A DNA stretch of 64,000 bases from Terricaulis sp. (GTDB lineage Bacteria > Pseudomonadota > Alphaproteobacteria > Caulobacterales > Aquidulcibacteraceae): positions 500,802 through 564,801 of the forward strand of contig JASGJR010000001.1 in NCBI GenBank assembly GCA_047601265.1. Reading direction: 5' to 3'. This document shows positions 62,339 through 64,000 of this stretch, in pieces. The translations under genes were made by a program, and so were the position numbers. The notes under the pieces were generated by a model. The model was not told the origin of the DNA. It saw only the letters and a list, made by a program, of their open reading frames with translations, and made no database searches. The stretch's first letter is position 1. The number at the start of each line of letters is the position of its first letter.

Positions 62339-63628
62339 TTGCGATTTGTTGTGCGCAGCCTGGATGCCCGTACGGCGCGTGACGCGCAGGCGGCTCTGAA
62401 TGCCGCTCAAATCGACGCACTCGCCCTCCCCGGCCCCTATCGCGAAGCCCCAGACGGCGAGGACATTGCCATCGTGGCCGCTCCTGATGGCAATGTCTCC
62501 GACGTCGCAACACTGGCCTCGCCGCGTGCGCTAGCAAATCTGGTTGCCTTGCCCTCTGAGCAGCCTCCGCCGAACGGACTGCATCGGGTTCCGCATTTCA
62601 ACGGCGCCGTGAATCTGGGCGCGCCTCCAAAGCTTCTGGCCGCGCAAATTGAAGCTGCGGTGCGCGAAGCGATCGCGCGTGAAGAACGTCAGGCGCGGCT
62701 AGCGACTGCTGGCGCACTGGATGTGTCCGCGCCAGTGCCGCTCGACGCGCGCAAATTGAGGGCGCTTTATATCGGCGCGCCGAGCGCGATGTTCCTTTCG
62801 CTCGAACGCGCATTGGCTGAGCAGGGTGGCTTGGTCGCGGCAGCGTTCTCATCCTACGCCGGCTTCGATCACTTGCACGACGAAGCGTTCGACGCGGTAG
62901 TGCTGAACGGCGCGCAAGACGCGATGACCGCAATCTCGCTCTGCGCAGCGCTGCGGCGTAATGCGAGCCTCTATTATTTGCCAACCATGGTGGTGACGGC
63001 GCCGGGCGATACGAAAACAGCTGATGCTGTGCTAGACCGCGGCGCGTCAGCGGTGGTTTCGACCAATCAGGCCTATGGGCCGAGTTTGGGCTGGCTGTTT
63101 GAGGCCATCCGTCGCGAACGCAGCCGCCGCGCTGCCGAACACGATACCCGCGCGCTACGCGATCTCATGGGCGAACCGCGCACCGGCTTGTTCAAACAAG
63201 CGCCGTTCGAAGCGCATCTCGCGCATCTGGCGGACAGACATCACATGAGCGGGCGTCCGCTCGCGGTCGCCCTGCTCCGGGTCACGCCCGCCATTGGCGC
63301 ACGCGAGCCGTCGCCTCAGGCCTGGCGGCGTGGGTTCGATGAAATCTCAAGTCTCGCGGGCCGTTTAATTCGCGAGACCGACAGCGGTGCGGCAGTTGGC
63401 CACGATCTGATCGCGCTAGCCATGCCTGCGACCGACGCGCGCGGTGCGCGCCGCATCACCGAACGCGTGGCATCGGTGGCAGAATGCACGGCCTTCGCAG
63501 CAGGCGATGACGGCGCTGGCCCGCTCATGTTCGAACAAAGTTTTGCAGAGCTGCAGCCAGGTGAGAGCGGCGGCGCGTTGCTGGCGCGGCTCATTCGTTC
63601 GGGTGAGCCGGAATCAGCGCAGGCCTAA
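62339..63628 (+). CDS. receiver-like domains + degenerate GGDEF domain protein (PopA/PleD-like architecture)
   Basis: TTG start. A central REC-like region (LRALYIG...AVVLNG...MVVTAP) is followed by a GGDEF-fold C-terminus. That C-terminus has RTGLF and RETD-x5-GHDLI in place of RxxD-x5-GG[DE]EF. Confidence 0.6.
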   Translation: MRFVVRSLDARTARDAQAALNAAQIDALALPGPYREAPDGEDIAIVAAPDGNVSDVATLASPRALANLVALPSEQPPPNGLHRVPHFNGAVNLGAPPKLLAAQIEAAVREAIAREERQARLATAGALDVSAPVPLDARKLRALYIGAPSAMFLSLERALAEQGGLVAAAFSSYAGFDHLHDEAFDAVVLNGAQDAMTAISLCAALRRNASLYYLPTMVVTAPGDTKTADAVLDRGASAVVSTNQAYGPSLGWLFEAIRRERSRRAAEHDTRALRDLMGEPRTGLFKQAPFEAHLAHLADRHHMSGRPLAVALLRVTPAIGAREPSPQAWRRGFDEISSLAGRLIRETDSGAAVGHDLIALAMPATDARGARRITERVASVAECTAFAAGDDGAGPLMFEQSFAELQPGESGGALLARLIRSGEPESAQA

Positions 63629-64000
63629 GCGGCTTTACGCTGACCGACGCGTGCGAGTTGTTCCAGGATCGTGCGCAACACTTTCAATCGCGCCACAGGA
63701 TCGGGCCAGCCGCCCGTCACCACGAGCTTTCCGTCCGGGCGCATTTTGAAATCGTCCGGGCGCTCCTGAATGTAACGCACGAGCGCCATTGGATCGGGAA
63801 ACCCGGTTTCGCGGAACGTCAGCACGGCGCCCTTGGGACCGGCATCCAGCTTGGCGATCTGGCACTGCCGGCAATACGCCTTCAGCGCCGCGACTGCGAT
63901 CAATTGGCTCGCTTCCGGCGGCAATGGTCCGAAGCGATCGATCATCTCCGCAGCAAAAGCTTCGCGCTCCTGATCGGTCTCCAAATCGGCGAGGCGGCGA
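63625..64000 (-). CDS. mfd: transcription-repair coupling factor, C-terminal part (5' end outside window)
   Basis: EMIDRFGPLPPEASQLIAVAALKAYC matches the Mfd C-terminal (TRCF) domain. The frame is open to the window edge. Confidence 0.85.
   Translation of the reverse strand, partial: RRLADLETDQEREAFAAEMIDRFGPLPPEASQLIAVAALKAYCRQCQIAKLDAGPKGAVLTFRETGFPDPMALVRYIQERPDDFKMRPDGKLVVTGGWPDPVARLKVLRTILEQLARVGQRKAA

Overview
This is a GC-rich, densely packed chromosomal segment with clear alphaproteobacterial core synteny. The main blocks are trpE-ppiD-like / tpiA-secG-pyrG; rpmF; eno-(GH47); ftsB-pdhA-pdhB-pdhC-lpdA-lipA; ispDF / dusB-ntrBC-ntrYX-aminotransferase-hfq-hflX; and rlpA-dacC-tmk-holB-tatD-MBL-mazG. 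A tRNA-Ser(UGA), scoAB, a family III CoA-transferase and the 3' end of mfd complete the set. I found no CRISPR array, transposase, integrase, prophage or recognisable defence locus, so most of the window is housekeeping. Five observations stand out. (1) Five matches to the alphaproteobacterial general-stress ECF-sigma promoter consensus (GGAAC-N16/17-CGTT) sit in spacers, correctly oriented and 8-41 nt from start codons. Three lie within 1.2 kb in front of unannotated small ORFs. (2) A 48-bp direct repeat duplicates the 3' end of the MBL gene and brackets a single 85-aa ORF inserted into the tatD-MBL-mazG operon. (3) A decayed gene (two frameshifts plus an in-frame TAG) lies downstream of mazG. 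(4) The pdh operon carries four translationally coupled extra genes, including a MAPEG and a GFA-type protein. (5) Several signalling proteins have degenerate catalytic or contact motifs: NtrC and NtrX lack GAFTGA, one GGDEF protein resembles PopA, and one receiver domain is atypical. All calls come from reading the sequence and ORF translations by eye, with no database searches. The many long antisense ORFs in the track are treated as GC-driven shadow ORFs.
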